Shown here piece after piece: positions 34,704-44,789 of a stretch of 64,000 nucleotides of DNA. The stretch is from Candidatus Latescibacterota bacterium (GTDB lineage Bacteria > Latescibacterota > UBA2968). The stretch covers positions 352,001 to 416,000 of the forward strand of contig OZ242311.1 in the NCBI GenBank assembly GCA_965207885.1, in the 5' to 3' direction. A model generated the notes under the pieces. That model saw nothing but the letters and a program-made list of their open reading frames with translations. It did no database searches and was not told the DNA's origin. How positions within the stretch are numbered: position 1 is the stretch's first letter; the number at the start of each line of letters is the position of its first letter. Made by a program: the position numbers and the translations under genes.

Positions 34704-37123
34704 CGCTTCTGTTCCACAAAAACCAGAGCCAGAGCTCCCAATAACATAACTGCTGAGAAGCCAATAAGACCTCTTCGCAGAGGAGAGAGTCGCGCTTGAA
34801 TCACAATATCGTGCTCACCAGCCTCAAGAGGCAACGCAATGAAGCGGCCAGCCGTTTCCAGAGGTTCTACAGGTGTTCCATCTACAGTAATCTGCAAATA
34901 GGGAAAATACGCATAAGATAGTCGCGCATAGCAGGCTTCGGAGATAGCCACCTTCATTTCTACCTGTTGGTGGCGAACCACATGTGCCAGGACCTGTGCC
35001 GTTGGCTCTGTCCCCAGGTCGCTTCCCTCCTGGTCCCGAATGAAAATGTGTTCACAGGAATTGTTCTGAGGGCGGATGCCCATCTCGCCAATGATCCACA
35101 GGACTTGCGAAATTGAGCGTGCAGACAGGCTGTCCGGGTTGGCACTGGTGATTTCGACGTGATAGGCAGACTCCGAATCATAACTGACCAGGCGCGAGGA
35201 GACGATGATCGGGCTGTTGGGAGCGAGGGAAATCGGCCGGAATTCATTATTTGATGACAAGATCACGTAGCGCGTATTGAGCAGGTAAAAGCCCCCTCTC
35301 AGCAGTACCATTTCGGTTTCGTTCGTGTTAAACCGGTCAGGTTTTGTTGCCAAAGCTGTTTCCATATAGCGTGCCATCTGGAGGAAGGGATCCGTAAATG
35401 TGCTGCGGGTACGCAGTTCTCCCGGGTGAAATGCCTCGGATATCGGTGTTTCGTGCATAAAGAGTGGGAATGCCATGCGTAAGAAGGGAAATTGATCATT
35501 ATCTATCCAATGTGCGCGATAATTGGGCAATTCGCCCCGCTCTGAAAAGGGGGTGGATGCTTTCCAAATATCTTCAAATCCACCACTCGAAGACCGGTCA
35601 GGAGACTGTTGATAGGCATGCAAGAAGGTGGTGGGGAAGAGATCGATCCATAAAAAAAGAAACAAGAGAGTAAAACAGCGATTTCGCGAGAGCCATCCGG
35701 GGCGGTGCTGCAAAAGTATGAGTGTGCCAATGCCCGCTGCGAGTGCGAGAAAGAACGCGAGAAAGAGCAGGTAGCGGGAGGCGTTGGAGGCATGGACGAG
35801 CGACAGCATATTGAACGGGGGCAGGCGGTAGGCAAAGATGATCAGAACAGATAACACCAGACAGGCCCAACTTGCCACAAAGTGCCGCAGGCCGTTGCGC
35901 CGGAACAGCGCGATCCCGACGCCAGCCAGAGCCAACACGCACAAGGAGATGCCCAAATATCCGCCGTACCAGTGGAATGGTTCGGGAGGTATCAGCCAAA
36001 AGCGGTGGTTTGACCAGCCCAGCAGGTGTCGCCAGGTGGGGTCGGGCTGGCTGGCCATGCCGACTTGCTCGGTGGTGCCTTTTAAGCCGAAGCGGAAGTC
36101 GTGCATGTCGGTATGCTCGCGTTCGAACCACATACCGATGTTCATGTAGGCACTAAAAGCGACGCCCAGGATCAGGAGTAAAACGCCAGCGCGGAAGATC
36201 GATTTCAGGTCGGGATAGCTCCATAAGGACCAGAGCCGTACGACACAGTAGCATCCCCAAAATACCATCGCATAAGTCCCGTAGCCCGGGTGCGTGAAAT
36301 TTAGCAGGGCGATGCCCAATCCTCCTATGAGGGCCGCTCGCACTTTGTATGACGAACGAACCATGTACTCGACCGCATAGAAGGGCCAGGGCAAGAGGGC
36401 GTAAAATAGAGACAGGGGCAATCGTCCCATGATGAGTACATGCTGCGTGTGCCAAAAACAGAGTACATAGCCCAGACCTGCGATAAACCCGGCGCGGCGA
36501 GATTGGCACAGGCTGCTCGCCAGATAGTACATGCCGATGCCAGAGAGTACGTGTGTGGTGCCCATGACCAGTTTTAGAGACAGGAATATATCCCGGCAAA
36601 AGAAATCGACCAGGCCGACGAGATAAAAGAAGGCAAAGCCGTAATTTTGCATGTAAGGCGATCCATTGCCCAGGAAGAATGTCCACATGGGCAATTCGCC
36701 GTCCGCGAAGGCTCTGGCGACGAGATAGGATTGGGCGATATGGTGGGAAGCATCTGCGGCCCAGTGCATGCCGCCGCGGGCAAAGTAAAAACGGACGCAT
36801 ACGAGCGAGCAGGCCAGAAGCAAAAACAGGGTTTTGCGCTCGCTGAAGAACACATTTTGCAAAAAGTCGGTGAGTGCCCGTTTGCTCTTCTCTTGCCACA
36901 AGACCAGTGCGCTGGTCGCAAGGAACAGGACAGACAGCGAGATATCAATCCATCCGAAAGAGACATTCTCATTAATGGCCTGTATATATTCTGTCAGGGT
37001 ACCGAAGGTTTTGGCTGGGGAAAGCACCGAGAGTTTGTCAATCGTGATGTACTGCATACAGATCGATAAACAGCCCAGGAAGATCAGTATCCACAATGTG
37101 GGAAATGGACGCTTGTAGATCAC
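34664..37123 (-). CDS. Polytopic membrane protein, PTPS-related/YfhO-like GT-C fold
   Basis: Many TM helices; DASHH...GELPMW...GNGSPYMQNY; C-terminal YFPYLQITVDG...LEAGEHDI (YfhO-like). Confidence 0.7.
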   Translation of the reverse strand: MIYKRPFPTLWILIFLGCLSICMQYITIDKLSVLSPAKTFGTLTEYIQAINENVSFGWIDISLSVLFLATSALVLWQEKSKRALTDFLQNVFFSERKTLFLLLACSLVCVRFYFARGGMHWAADASHHIAQSYLVARAFADGELPMWTFFLGNGSPYMQNYGFAFFYLVGLVDFFCRDIFLSLKLVMGTTHVLSGIGMYYLASSLCQSRRAGFIAGLGYVLCFWHTQHVLIMGRLPLSLFYALLPWPFYAVEYMVRSSYKVRAALIGGLGIALLNFTHPGYGTYAMVFWGCYCVVRLWSLWSYPDLKSIFRAGVLLLILGVAFSAYMNIGMWFEREHTDMHDFRFGLKGTTEQVGMASQPDPTWRHLLGWSNHRFWLIPPEPFHWYGGYLGISLCVLALAGVGIALFRRNGLRHFVASWACLVLSVLIIFAYRLPPFNMLSLVHASNASRYLLFLAFFLALAAGIGTLILLQHRPGWLSRNRCFTLLFLFLWIDLFPTTFLHAYQQSPDRSSSGGFEDIWKASTPFSERGELPNYRAHWIDNDQFPFLRMAFPLFMHETPISEAFHPGELRTRSTFTDPFLQMARYMETALATKPDRFNTNETEMVLLRGGFYLLNTRYVILSSNNEFRPISLAPNSPIIVSSRLVSYDSESAYHVEITSANPDSLSARSISQVLWIIGEMGIRPQNNSCEHIFIRDQEGSDLGTEPTAQVLAHVVRHQQVEMKVAISEACYARLSYAYFPYLQITVDGTPVEPLETAGRFIALPLEAGEHDIVIQARLSPLRRGLIGFSAVMLLGALALVFVEQKRKSSGSRLNATPR

Positions 37124-37281
37124 AGAGTCAGCCTTCTTGTGTTTGGGTTACACTTTATATTTCAAAATAGCGCGTTGCCAGAAGTTTTGCAAGCCAGTTC
37201 AAATTTGGTCTGACGATGGGGGATTTTGGATGTATATTGAAGTGGTGCGTTTTTATAGCTTTGGATTGAAAGGATGGGATT

Positions 37282-38841
37282 ATGTTGATGACTGGCGGTC
37301 AGGCTGTGGTTGAGACATTGGATGCATGGGGAGTGGATGTGGTGTTTGGTATTCCGGGAGTTCACACGCTCGCGCTTTACGATGCGCTTTACGAGCATCC
37401 GCGAATTCGGCATGTGACGACGCGGCACGAGCAGGGGGCGGGTTTTATGGCCGATGGGTATGCGCGGGCTTCTGGGCGCGTGGGCGTGGCGTTGACGACG
37501 ACGGGTCCGGCGGCGGTGAATGCGTTGACGCCGATTGGGGAAGCGCACGCGGAGTCGTCGCCCGTGTTGCTGATATGTAGTGGTCCGACGGATGAAACAA
37601 ATGGCACAGATGCGGGTGTCTTACATGATATGCGGGACCAGTTTGGGACGTTGTTTTCGGTGACGGGGCGCGGGCAGCGCGTTTCGCGTGTAGAGGAGAT
37701 ACCAGATGCGCTATCAGAGGGTTTTGAGGCGATGAAGTACGGGCGTCCCCGTCCCTATATTTTTGAAGTTCCACTGGATGTTTTTAAGGAAGAAGCAGAT
37801 GTAAAGATTGACGAGCCAGCGCACCGCCCGCCGCATAAGCCTGAGGAGGCTGCGCTCAATGCAGCGGCGGAGATGATTCAGTCTGCGCGTAAGCCGGTGT
37901 TGATCGCGGGTGGGGGAACGCAAGATGCGAGCGATGATGTGATTAAGTTAGCGGAAAAACTCGGCTTGCCGGTGGCTGTTACCGCCAATGGGCAGGGGGC
38001 TGTTCCGGCGGATCACCCTTTGCTGGTGCGCGGTGAGGCGATGAACAAGTGTTTGAACGAGGCGGATGTGGTGATTGCTGTGGGTACGCGTTTGGGCTTT
38101 CGATTTGAGCAGATGTGGAAGGGGACACCGGAGAAGCTCATTCATCTGGATATTGATCCGGAGGTGATCGGGCGGTCGTTTGAGCCAGATGTTGCGCTGA
38201 TTGGCGATGCGGGCGAGGGGTTGAGGGGGTTGTACGCGCGGTTGGATGGGGTAAAGTCCGCGTGGGATGTCCGTGGTTCTGTGTCGCAGGCGTCCGGTCA
38301 GTGGGAGGAGAAACCTTTTCCCGAATTGTTGGGGGTTTTGCGGGATGTTCTGGATCGGGATGCGGTGGTTGTGAACGATATGACGATGATTAGCTATCAG
38401 GCGCGTCGCCATTTTCCGGTTTATCAGCCGCGCACGTTTTTGTCGCCCACGGTTTATGGAACGCTGGGGTTTTCCATGCCAGCGGCTGTGGGTGCCAAGG
38501 TCGCGTGTCCAGATAAGCAGGTGGTGTCGCTGTGTGGCGATGGTGGGTTTATGTACACGGCGACAGAGCTTTCGACCGCGGTTCAGCAGGGGGTGTCATT
38601 GCCGGTTGTTTTGTGCAATGACAATACTTATGACGCGATTAAACGCGCGCAAGATCGGGAATGTGATGGGCGGAATATTGCCGTGGAGTTGGCGAATCCC
38701 GATTTTGTGATGTTTGCACAGAGTTTTGGTGTGCAGAGCGTTCGCGTGACTGATGGACAGGGATTTGGTGAGGCGCTCGAAGAGGCGTTGCAGGCTGAGG
38801 GTCCGACGCTGATTGAGGTTTTTTTGCCTGATTATTCTTGA
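37282..38841 (+). CDS. Thiamine pyrophosphate-binding enzyme (ALS/decarboxylase family)
   Basis: FGIPGVHTL, RHEQGAGFMADGYAR, GDGGFMYT. Confidence 0.9.
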   Translation: MLMTGGQAVVETLDAWGVDVVFGIPGVHTLALYDALYEHPRIRHVTTRHEQGAGFMADGYARASGRVGVALTTTGPAAVNALTPIGEAHAESSPVLLICSGPTDETNGTDAGVLHDMRDQFGTLFSVTGRGQRVSRVEEIPDALSEGFEAMKYGRPRPYIFEVPLDVFKEEADVKIDEPAHRPPHKPEEAALNAAAEMIQSARKPVLIAGGGTQDASDDVIKLAEKLGLPVAVTANGQGAVPADHPLLVRGEAMNKCLNEADVVIAVGTRLGFRFEQMWKGTPEKLIHLDIDPEVIGRSFEPDVALIGDAGEGLRGLYARLDGVKSAWDVRGSVSQASGQWEEKPFPELLGVLRDVLDRDAVVVNDMTMISYQARRHFPVYQPRTFLSPTVYGTLGFSMPAAVGAKVACPDKQVVSLCGDGGFMYTATELSTAVQQGVSLPVVLCNDNTYDAIKRAQDRECDGRNIAVELANPDFVMFAQSFGVQSVRVTDGQGFGEALEEALQAEGPTLIEVFLPDYS

Positions 38842-38892
38842 GAAGTGCATCCTTATAAGTATTTAGATAGAGATAGGACACGGGAGAATGTT

Positions 38893-40611
38893 ATGGCAAC
38901 AAAGCGAAAAAAGAGGCGGCACAGAGGGGCTGCTGGCAAGGCGAATGCAGATTTGACGGCGCATATTCGGTCGCTGGGGTTGACGAGTGTGGGGCAATAT
39001 CAGGCGTGGTGTCGCGATCACGGTTTTAATGGGGCGCTGAATAAGAGCTGGCAGGAACGACGGCAGGAGCGCAAGGTTGCAGACCGGGCGATTGATGAGG
39101 AATTGGCCGAGCAGGAATTTGTGCGCCATATCAGCGCGTTGGGGTTAAAGACGGTTGCGGATTATACCGCGTGGTGTACTGCGCACGGGTTGAGTACGGG
39201 GACGCACAAGAGTGTTGCTCAACGCAAGAAAGAGCGCGATTTGGCCGAGCGCATAGAGAGCGATGCGGTTTTGGCGAGGATGAAAAATCACACGCGGCGG
39301 CCACAAGAGACGATTCAGGCGATTTATGAGGGCAAGCTGTCGGAGGCGGAGTTAAATCGCCCGCATTTGCAAAAGATCCAGCGGGCTTTTGATGGGCTGG
39401 GGAGAGACCGCAAGGGGCGGCGCGCGCTGTTGCAGTTGTTGCTTCACGTAGAAAAACGAGGCGATTTTTTTGACGTCAAGCCCGCGATTGTGCGCCTGGG
39501 TCCCTGTGATGGCAATACATTTATCGAGGGTTTGGGCGCCCTGGCGCGCTGGCACAAGCGGTGGTTGCGCGATCCAGGGGAGTGGCGGCCAGACTCGCAC
39601 AATGGGCGCAAGCAGTTTGGTTCACTTGCGCGACATTTGCTCGCGAAGTACGATGTGCCCGCGTTTATGGATATTGCGTGGTTTCTCGGTGAGGAAGACG
39701 AGGCGCGGCAGCAGCAGGGATGGTTTGTGCATGTGGGAACGGGTGGAAATATTCGCAAGGCAGATGTTCCGCTGACGCTGACGAAGAAGATGGCGCATTT
39801 GTTTTTGGAGTCGCCGCACGATTGCACGATTTACGAGGCGTTTCGGCGGGGTCAAATTCTGGGGCTTGGCGGGGAGGAGCCGCTGGTGCGCGCGGTGAAC
39901 AGTACGCGGTTGGGGTCGTCTTTTGGATGCGAGGATTTCTGGCATAAGGTGGTGCATTTTTTTGTGAATAATCCAATGCTCGATCCCGATGAGGTGGGAC
40001 CGATTGTGGATTATATTCACAATCAGAAATACGTGCCTCGAGAAGAGACGGTTGGTGGCGAGGTTGTGCAGTTGCCTCCCGAGCAGCCGAATTTTTCGAT
40101 TAAGGGACGCAGTATGGTCAAGTTGCTTCGGCAGGTCGAGATGTGGCACCGGCAGTTGGCGCGGCAGAATCGCTTGCCCGCAAAGGTGTGGGCGCCTTCG
40201 GGTCTCAATGATCTGGATTGGACGGCGACGGATAATTATGGGAATGAAAAGGAGCGGTGGACGATTACGGAGTTGCTGTCGGTCAAAGAGTTGTCCCTCG
40301 AGGGACGCAAGATGCACCACTGCGTGGGGTCTTATGCGAATAATTGCAAAACCGGGAGGTCGTCGATCTGGACAATGCAGGTTACGACGCCAGAGGATGA
40401 GACGCATCGGGTGATGACGATTGCGGTGCAAAATGGCAGCCGAAGCATTACGCAGGCGCGCGGGAAGTGCAATGCGCGACCCAATGGCAGGACGCCCAGT
40501 GGCAAGCGTCGGGATTTTAGCAAGGAGTATGAACGCCATTTGCGGAAGTCGCGCCATGTGTTGTATTTGTGGCGAGAGCAAGAGGGGTTGTCTATGTCGC
40601 GTGGTGTGTGA
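38893..40611 (+). CDS. PcfJ-like domain protein with duplicated N-terminal motif
   Basis: ELLSVKELSLEGRKMHHCVGSY...SSIW...TQARGKCN; start taken at MATKRKK. Confidence 0.75.
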   Translation: MATKRKKRRHRGAAGKANADLTAHIRSLGLTSVGQYQAWCRDHGFNGALNKSWQERRQERKVADRAIDEELAEQEFVRHISALGLKTVADYTAWCTAHGLSTGTHKSVAQRKKERDLAERIESDAVLARMKNHTRRPQETIQAIYEGKLSEAELNRPHLQKIQRAFDGLGRDRKGRRALLQLLLHVEKRGDFFDVKPAIVRLGPCDGNTFIEGLGALARWHKRWLRDPGEWRPDSHNGRKQFGSLARHLLAKYDVPAFMDIAWFLGEEDEARQQQGWFVHVGTGGNIRKADVPLTLTKKMAHLFLESPHDCTIYEAFRRGQILGLGGEEPLVRAVNSTRLGSSFGCEDFWHKVVHFFVNNPMLDPDEVGPIVDYIHNQKYVPREETVGGEVVQLPPEQPNFSIKGRSMVKLLRQVEMWHRQLARQNRLPAKVWAPSGLNDLDWTATDNYGNEKERWTITELLSVKELSLEGRKMHHCVGSYANNCKTGRSSIWTMQVTTPEDETHRVMTIAVQNGSRSITQARGKCNARPNGRTPSGKRRDFSKEYERHLRKSRHVLYLWREQEGLSMSRGV

Positions 40612-40614
40612 GGG

Positions 40615-43017
40615 CTATTCATATCGCAATGCTGTGGCTGGGTCGGTCAAGGCTGCGCGAATCGCCTGCGTACTCACGGTCATGATCGCGATTGCCATTG
40701 TCAGTAATCCGCTCAATACAAAGACCAGCGCGCCCAGATCTATGCGATACGCAAACCCCGCCAACCATTCATTCATGACCCAATAGGCCAGCGGAAATGC
40801 GATTAGATTGGCCAGCAGTACCAGAATCACAACTTCCCGCGAGAGCAAGCGTACGATATTGGGTACGGATGCGCCCAGGGTCTTGCGGATGCCAATTTCT
40901 TTGGTGCGCTGCTCTGCTGTAAATGCCGCCAGGCCAAATAAGCCCAGGCACGCTATTATAATCGCCAGCCCGGCGAATACAGTTATAAGTGTTCCTATCC
41001 GTTGTTCGGCGAGATAAAAATTCGCTAAATTTTCGTCTAAAAATCGGTAATAAAACGGCTTTTCGGGAATATATTTTCGCCACATTTCTCCGATATATTT
41101 AAGGGTTTCATCAATATTCTCACCGCGAATTTTTAGTGTTAGCACGTTGAATTTGGGTTGCCACATCGCAATCGCCACGGGGCGGATGATTTCGTGTAGT
41201 GACCGGTTGTGAAAATCTTTTACCACGCCGATTACAACGCCTTTTTCCCGGTTGTGCGCAGCCCATCCAAATTCCTTTCCAAGCGGCTCGGTCCACCCCA
41301 ATCGCTTCACGGCAGTTTCGTTCAGGATAAATGCCTGAGACGTATCGGTTGTCACTGATAGTGAAAAATTGCGGCCCGCTGTGAGTTCCAGATTATAGGT
41401 GTCTAAAAAGGCTTCATCCACGCCCAGGACGCGCATCCGCCAGTCTTCCCCTCCCCTGCCCTCGGGAAATACCCTGTCCAGTTGTCCTCCATATCCCATC
41501 GAAGAATGCGATGCCGATGCTTTCAAGATGTTTGGGTGTTTCAAATATTCATTTTTGATATTCAAATAATCATCTGTCAAGCGTCGATCTGTAGAAAATA
41601 GCCAGGTTAGAACTATGAGATCTTTATCAAATCCCAGATTTTTGTTCTGTACATAATTCAACTGTTGATACACCGTGTATGTGCCCGCGATTAAAAATGT
41701 CGAGATCGCAAATTGAAATACCACGAGGATCTGTCGCAGCCGGCCGCTTCTAGTACTCGAGACAAGCGTGCCTTTCAGTACTGTTACGGGCCGAAAACTG
41801 GATAGAAATAGCGCGGGATATCCTCCGGAGAGCAGGCTTACCAGCACGGTTAAAACAAATAGTCCGGCAATCGCGTACCACAGGGTCTGTCCTTCGAGCG
41901 CGATAGTTTTTTGGGCAAAGTTATTCAGGAGGGGTAGTGAAATTTTCACCAGAATTAGCGACAATAACCCGGCCAACAGTGCGGTCAAAAACGTCTCTCC
42001 CAAAAACTGTCGGATCAATTGGGCGCGATAGGCTCCCACTACTTTTCGCAATCCGACTTCGCGTGCCCGTCGCGCAGAGCGCGCTGTCGATAGGTTCATA
42101 AAATTGATGCACGCAATCAGCAAGATAAATAGCCCGATGATGGCAAACAGGTACACATACGTGATGTCGCTATGAGATGAGATGCCATAATCCACTTTGG
42201 AATACAGATAGATTCGCTCTAAGGGTTGCAAAAAATAGGTGCTCTTTTTGACGATCTCGTCGCCCATATATCGCGCCATGAATTCAGGCAATTTTGCTTC
42301 GAGTGCTTTAACATCTGCGCCTTCTCGCAATAAGATGTAATTGTGTGCCGGTCGCCAGGTTGAATCCACGGCCCACGTTTCAAATACGTTCCGCGTCCAA
42401 TAGGTGTTCACGGTTGCACATACAATGTCAAATTGCATGGTTGATTGTCGAGGCACGTTTTTCAGTACTCCCGTAATCGTATATACCCCGCCCATATACC
42501 GATCATCGACGGTAAGCACTTTTCCTATTGGGTCGTCATCCCCAAAAAATCGCTGCGCGGTTGCTTCTGTCACCAGGATGGAAAGCGGTTCTTTGAGTAC
42601 TGTCGCGCGATCTCCCTTCACCAGTTCAAAATCGAAGACTTCCAAAAAATCGGGGTCCGTCAAACAGAATCGCTGATCAAATTTGCGGTCTTTATAAGTG
42701 GTCCAGATATAATTCCACGACAGATATCGCACGACTGTTTCGATTTCTGAATAGTCTTTTTTTAGCGCGGGTCCCGCTGCTCCCGATGTGCCAAAACCCA
42801 TGTCGCGGGTGCCGTCATCGTTGCGCATCTCGCGGATCAATTTGTAGATTCGATCGCTCTTTTTGTGAAACCGATCTACGCGAAATTCATCGTGAATAAA
42901 TAATCCGATGAGGACACAACAAGCCACGCCTACCGATAATCCCAGTACATTGATCAGCGAGTATCCTTTGTGGCGCATCAAATTTCGCAGGGCGATTTTC
43001 AGATAGTTTTGGAACAT
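40615..43017 (-). CDS. MacB/FtsX-type ABC transporter permease
   Basis: MFQNYLKIALRNL, IACINFMNLSTARS, RTKEIGIRK, DPATALRYE. Confidence 0.93.
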   Translation of the reverse strand: MFQNYLKIALRNLMRHKGYSLINVLGLSVGVACCVLIGLFIHDEFRVDRFHKKSDRIYKLIREMRNDDGTRDMGFGTSGAAGPALKKDYSEIETVVRYLSWNYIWTTYKDRKFDQRFCLTDPDFLEVFDFELVKGDRATVLKEPLSILVTEATAQRFFGDDDPIGKVLTVDDRYMGGVYTITGVLKNVPRQSTMQFDIVCATVNTYWTRNVFETWAVDSTWRPAHNYILLREGADVKALEAKLPEFMARYMGDEIVKKSTYFLQPLERIYLYSKVDYGISSHSDITYVYLFAIIGLFILLIACINFMNLSTARSARRAREVGLRKVVGAYRAQLIRQFLGETFLTALLAGLLSLILVKISLPLLNNFAQKTIALEGQTLWYAIAGLFVLTVLVSLLSGGYPALFLSSFRPVTVLKGTLVSSTRSGRLRQILVVFQFAISTFLIAGTYTVYQQLNYVQNKNLGFDKDLIVLTWLFSTDRRLTDDYLNIKNEYLKHPNILKASASHSSMGYGGQLDRVFPEGRGGEDWRMRVLGVDEAFLDTYNLELTAGRNFSLSVTTDTSQAFILNETAVKRLGWTEPLGKEFGWAAHNREKGVVIGVVKDFHNRSLHEIIRPVAIAMWQPKFNVLTLKIRGENIDETLKYIGEMWRKYIPEKPFYYRFLDENLANFYLAEQRIGTLITVFAGLAIIIACLGLFGLAAFTAEQRTKEIGIRKTLGASVPNIVRLLSREVVILVLLANLIAFPLAYWVMNEWLAGFAYRIDLGALVFVLSGLLTMAIAIMTVSTQAIRAALTDPATALRYE

Positions 43018-43033
43018 GATTGTTTTTTAAAAC

Positions 43034-43860
43034 GGGATTATAGCTGTTCATCCCGGTCTAACCATCCGTCCGATAGATGTATGATGCGGTCTCCGTAAGA
43101 GGCGTTTTTCTCTGACATTGGTCGGGCAACCAGTCACTTCAGACAATGCGCCACTGCGTCCCTGTACGTTTCGAGCCTTGGGGTTTCCAGGTTCTTCACC
43201 TTGGCCAGATCATCCCATTTCCTGAGGTGCACGGCATTCTGGTAGTAAGGATTGCTTTCGAACTCGGTCCTTTCCCGATCTGACATGAGGCCTCCTTGTA
43301 GTTGGAAACTATGCTTAGAGGCTTCGGAAAGGGTGTTGTAGTAGGTCGAATCCGTGGTGCAGATGTATCGCTTGGCCGGAACGTGAAGTTTCACCGGTTC
43401 GGTCACCGCCTCGATAAAAAAGGGCGCTATGTACGCGGCGCCCACTTCTTCGTGGAGAAAGTCCTGGGTGTGGAAATCTGCGTTTTCTGCGTGTTCGTCC
43501 ATCAGAAAATGGCCGATATCGTGCAATAGTGCGGCAGTTATCTGAATCGCGTCTCCATTGGCGAGCTGGGCCAGATTGGCGCACTGGAGCGCGTGTTCGA
43601 GTTGCGTTACGACTTCGTCGTAGTGGGACTGGCCCCTCGCTTCCATGTAGGTGAACAGGGCATTTATTTTTTTTTCGGGACTGCCTTCGGCCAATTCGTT
43701 CGCGAGTGTTGGATCGACGTGTTCCTTCATTTTGGCACCATCTTTCTCTGAAAATTTCGCGTGATAAATTTAATTGGAGGGATTACAACTGCTCATCCCG
43801 GTCTAACCATCCGTCCGATAGGTGTACGATGCGGTCTCCGTAAGCGGCGTTTTTCTCTGA
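43034..43860. repeat. 82-bp direct repeat (43034-43115 and 43779-43860) duplicating the ABC ATPase 3' end around the HD gene
   Basis: Six mismatches in 82 bp by manual alignment; copies encode [25 protein letters not shown] and [25 protein letters not shown]. Confidence 0.9.
43134..43730 (-). CDS. HD-domain oxygenase, PhnZ/TmpB-like
   Basis: YDEVVTQLEHALQCA, ALLHDIGH, HEEVGA, HVPAKRY, LSEASKHS..LQGG, WDDLAK. Confidence 0.85.
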   Translation of the reverse strand: MKEHVDPTLANELAEGSPEKKINALFTYMEARGQSHYDEVVTQLEHALQCANLAQLANGDAIQITAALLHDIGHFLMDEHAENADFHTQDFLHEEVGAAYIAPFFIEAVTEPVKLHVPAKRYICTTDSTYYNTLSEASKHSFQLQGGLMSDRERTEFESNPYYQNAVHLRKWDDLAKVKNLETPRLETYRDAVAHCLK

Positions 43861-44457
43861 GTGCGTGCATTGGACGATGGTTACACCTTCGGCATTCAGG
43901 TGTTTGAAGAGGGTCATGATCCGCTCGCCTTCTGCCGAGTTTAAGTTGCCGGTTGGCTCGTCTGCCAGGATCAGTTTTGGCTGTGTGATCAATGCCCGGG
44001 CTATGCCTACCAGTTGTTGTTGTCCGCCGGATAATTGGTTGGGGAATAGTCGCTTTTTTGCCACGATGTTGAAGCGGTCCAGCATTTCGGCGATGCGGCC
44101 TTTGCGTTCAGCGCCTTTTACTTTTTGATATAAGAGAGGCGTTTCCAAATTTTCGCCGACGGTTAGTTCGTCGATGAGATGGTAGCTTTGAAATACAAAT
44201 CCGATGTGATCGCGGTGCAGTTCGGTCAATGCGCGTTCATCCAGTTTGTGAACTGCGCGGTTGTAAAAATGATACTCTCCATTCGAGGCGGTGTCCAGCA
44301 TGCCCAGGATGTGCAATAGGGTTGATTTGCCAGCACCGGATGGTCCCATGATGGACACAAATTCCCCTTCGCGGATTTGTAGATCAATGCGCCGCAGTAC
44401 GAATGTTTTTACGATGCCGTTTTCGTAGTATTTTTCGATGTTTTTTAGTTCGATCAT
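43783..44457 (-). CDS. ABC transporter ATP-binding protein
   Basis: [24 protein letters not shown]; start at MIELKNIEK with AAGGAG RBS. Confidence 0.93.
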   Translation of the reverse strand: MIELKNIEKYYENGIVKTFVLRRIDLQIREGEFVSIMGPSGAGKSTLLHILGMLDTASNGEYHFYNRAVHKLDERALTELHRDHIGFVFQSYHLIDELTVGENLETPLLYQKVKGAERKGRIAEMLDRFNIVAKKRLFPNQLSGGQQQLVGIARALITQPKLILADEPTGNLNSAEGERIMTLFKHLNAEGVTIVQCTHSEKNAAYGDRIVHLSDGWLDRDEQL

Positions 44458-44479
44458 CTCTATCTCCTTCCTGCATGAC

Positions 44480-44737
44480 TTATGCGCGTCGTTCGAATAG
44501 GATAGATACCTCGTGTTCGGATGGTTCGCCAATTTCTACGAGCGACCAGTCTTCGTCGTAGTTTTCCACAATCCGTTTCAAACTCGTTACTCTCTGTTCG
44601 TGGGGTTCGACGTGTTCCTCCCAGGCGAAGAGTTCCATCCGGTAATCGTATTTTCTGCTTTTGCCGTTTACCACCACGGTTACTTCCACGGTGTCTTCGG
44701 CGTCTAAAGGTGGCAATTTGATCGAGATTTTGGGCAT
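44480..44737 (-). CDS. Small hypothetical protein in the ABC operon
   Basis: MPKISIKLP... with GGAG RBS, in operon orientation. Confidence 0.6.
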   Translation of the reverse strand: MPKISIKLPPLDAEDTVEVTVVVNGKSRKYDYRMELFAWEEHVEPHEQRVTSLKRIVENYDEDWSLVEIGEPSEHEVSILFERRA

Positions 44738-44763
44738 GGTGATTCTCCGGAACAACGGTCAGC

Positions 44764-44789
44764 GGGTGACCACAGGGGGTCGCCCCTAC
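44764..44789 (-). repeat. GTAG-type REP palindrome
   Basis: Minus strand GTAGGGGCGACCCCCTGTGGTCACCC; its TAG is the permease stop codon. Confidence 0.7.
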
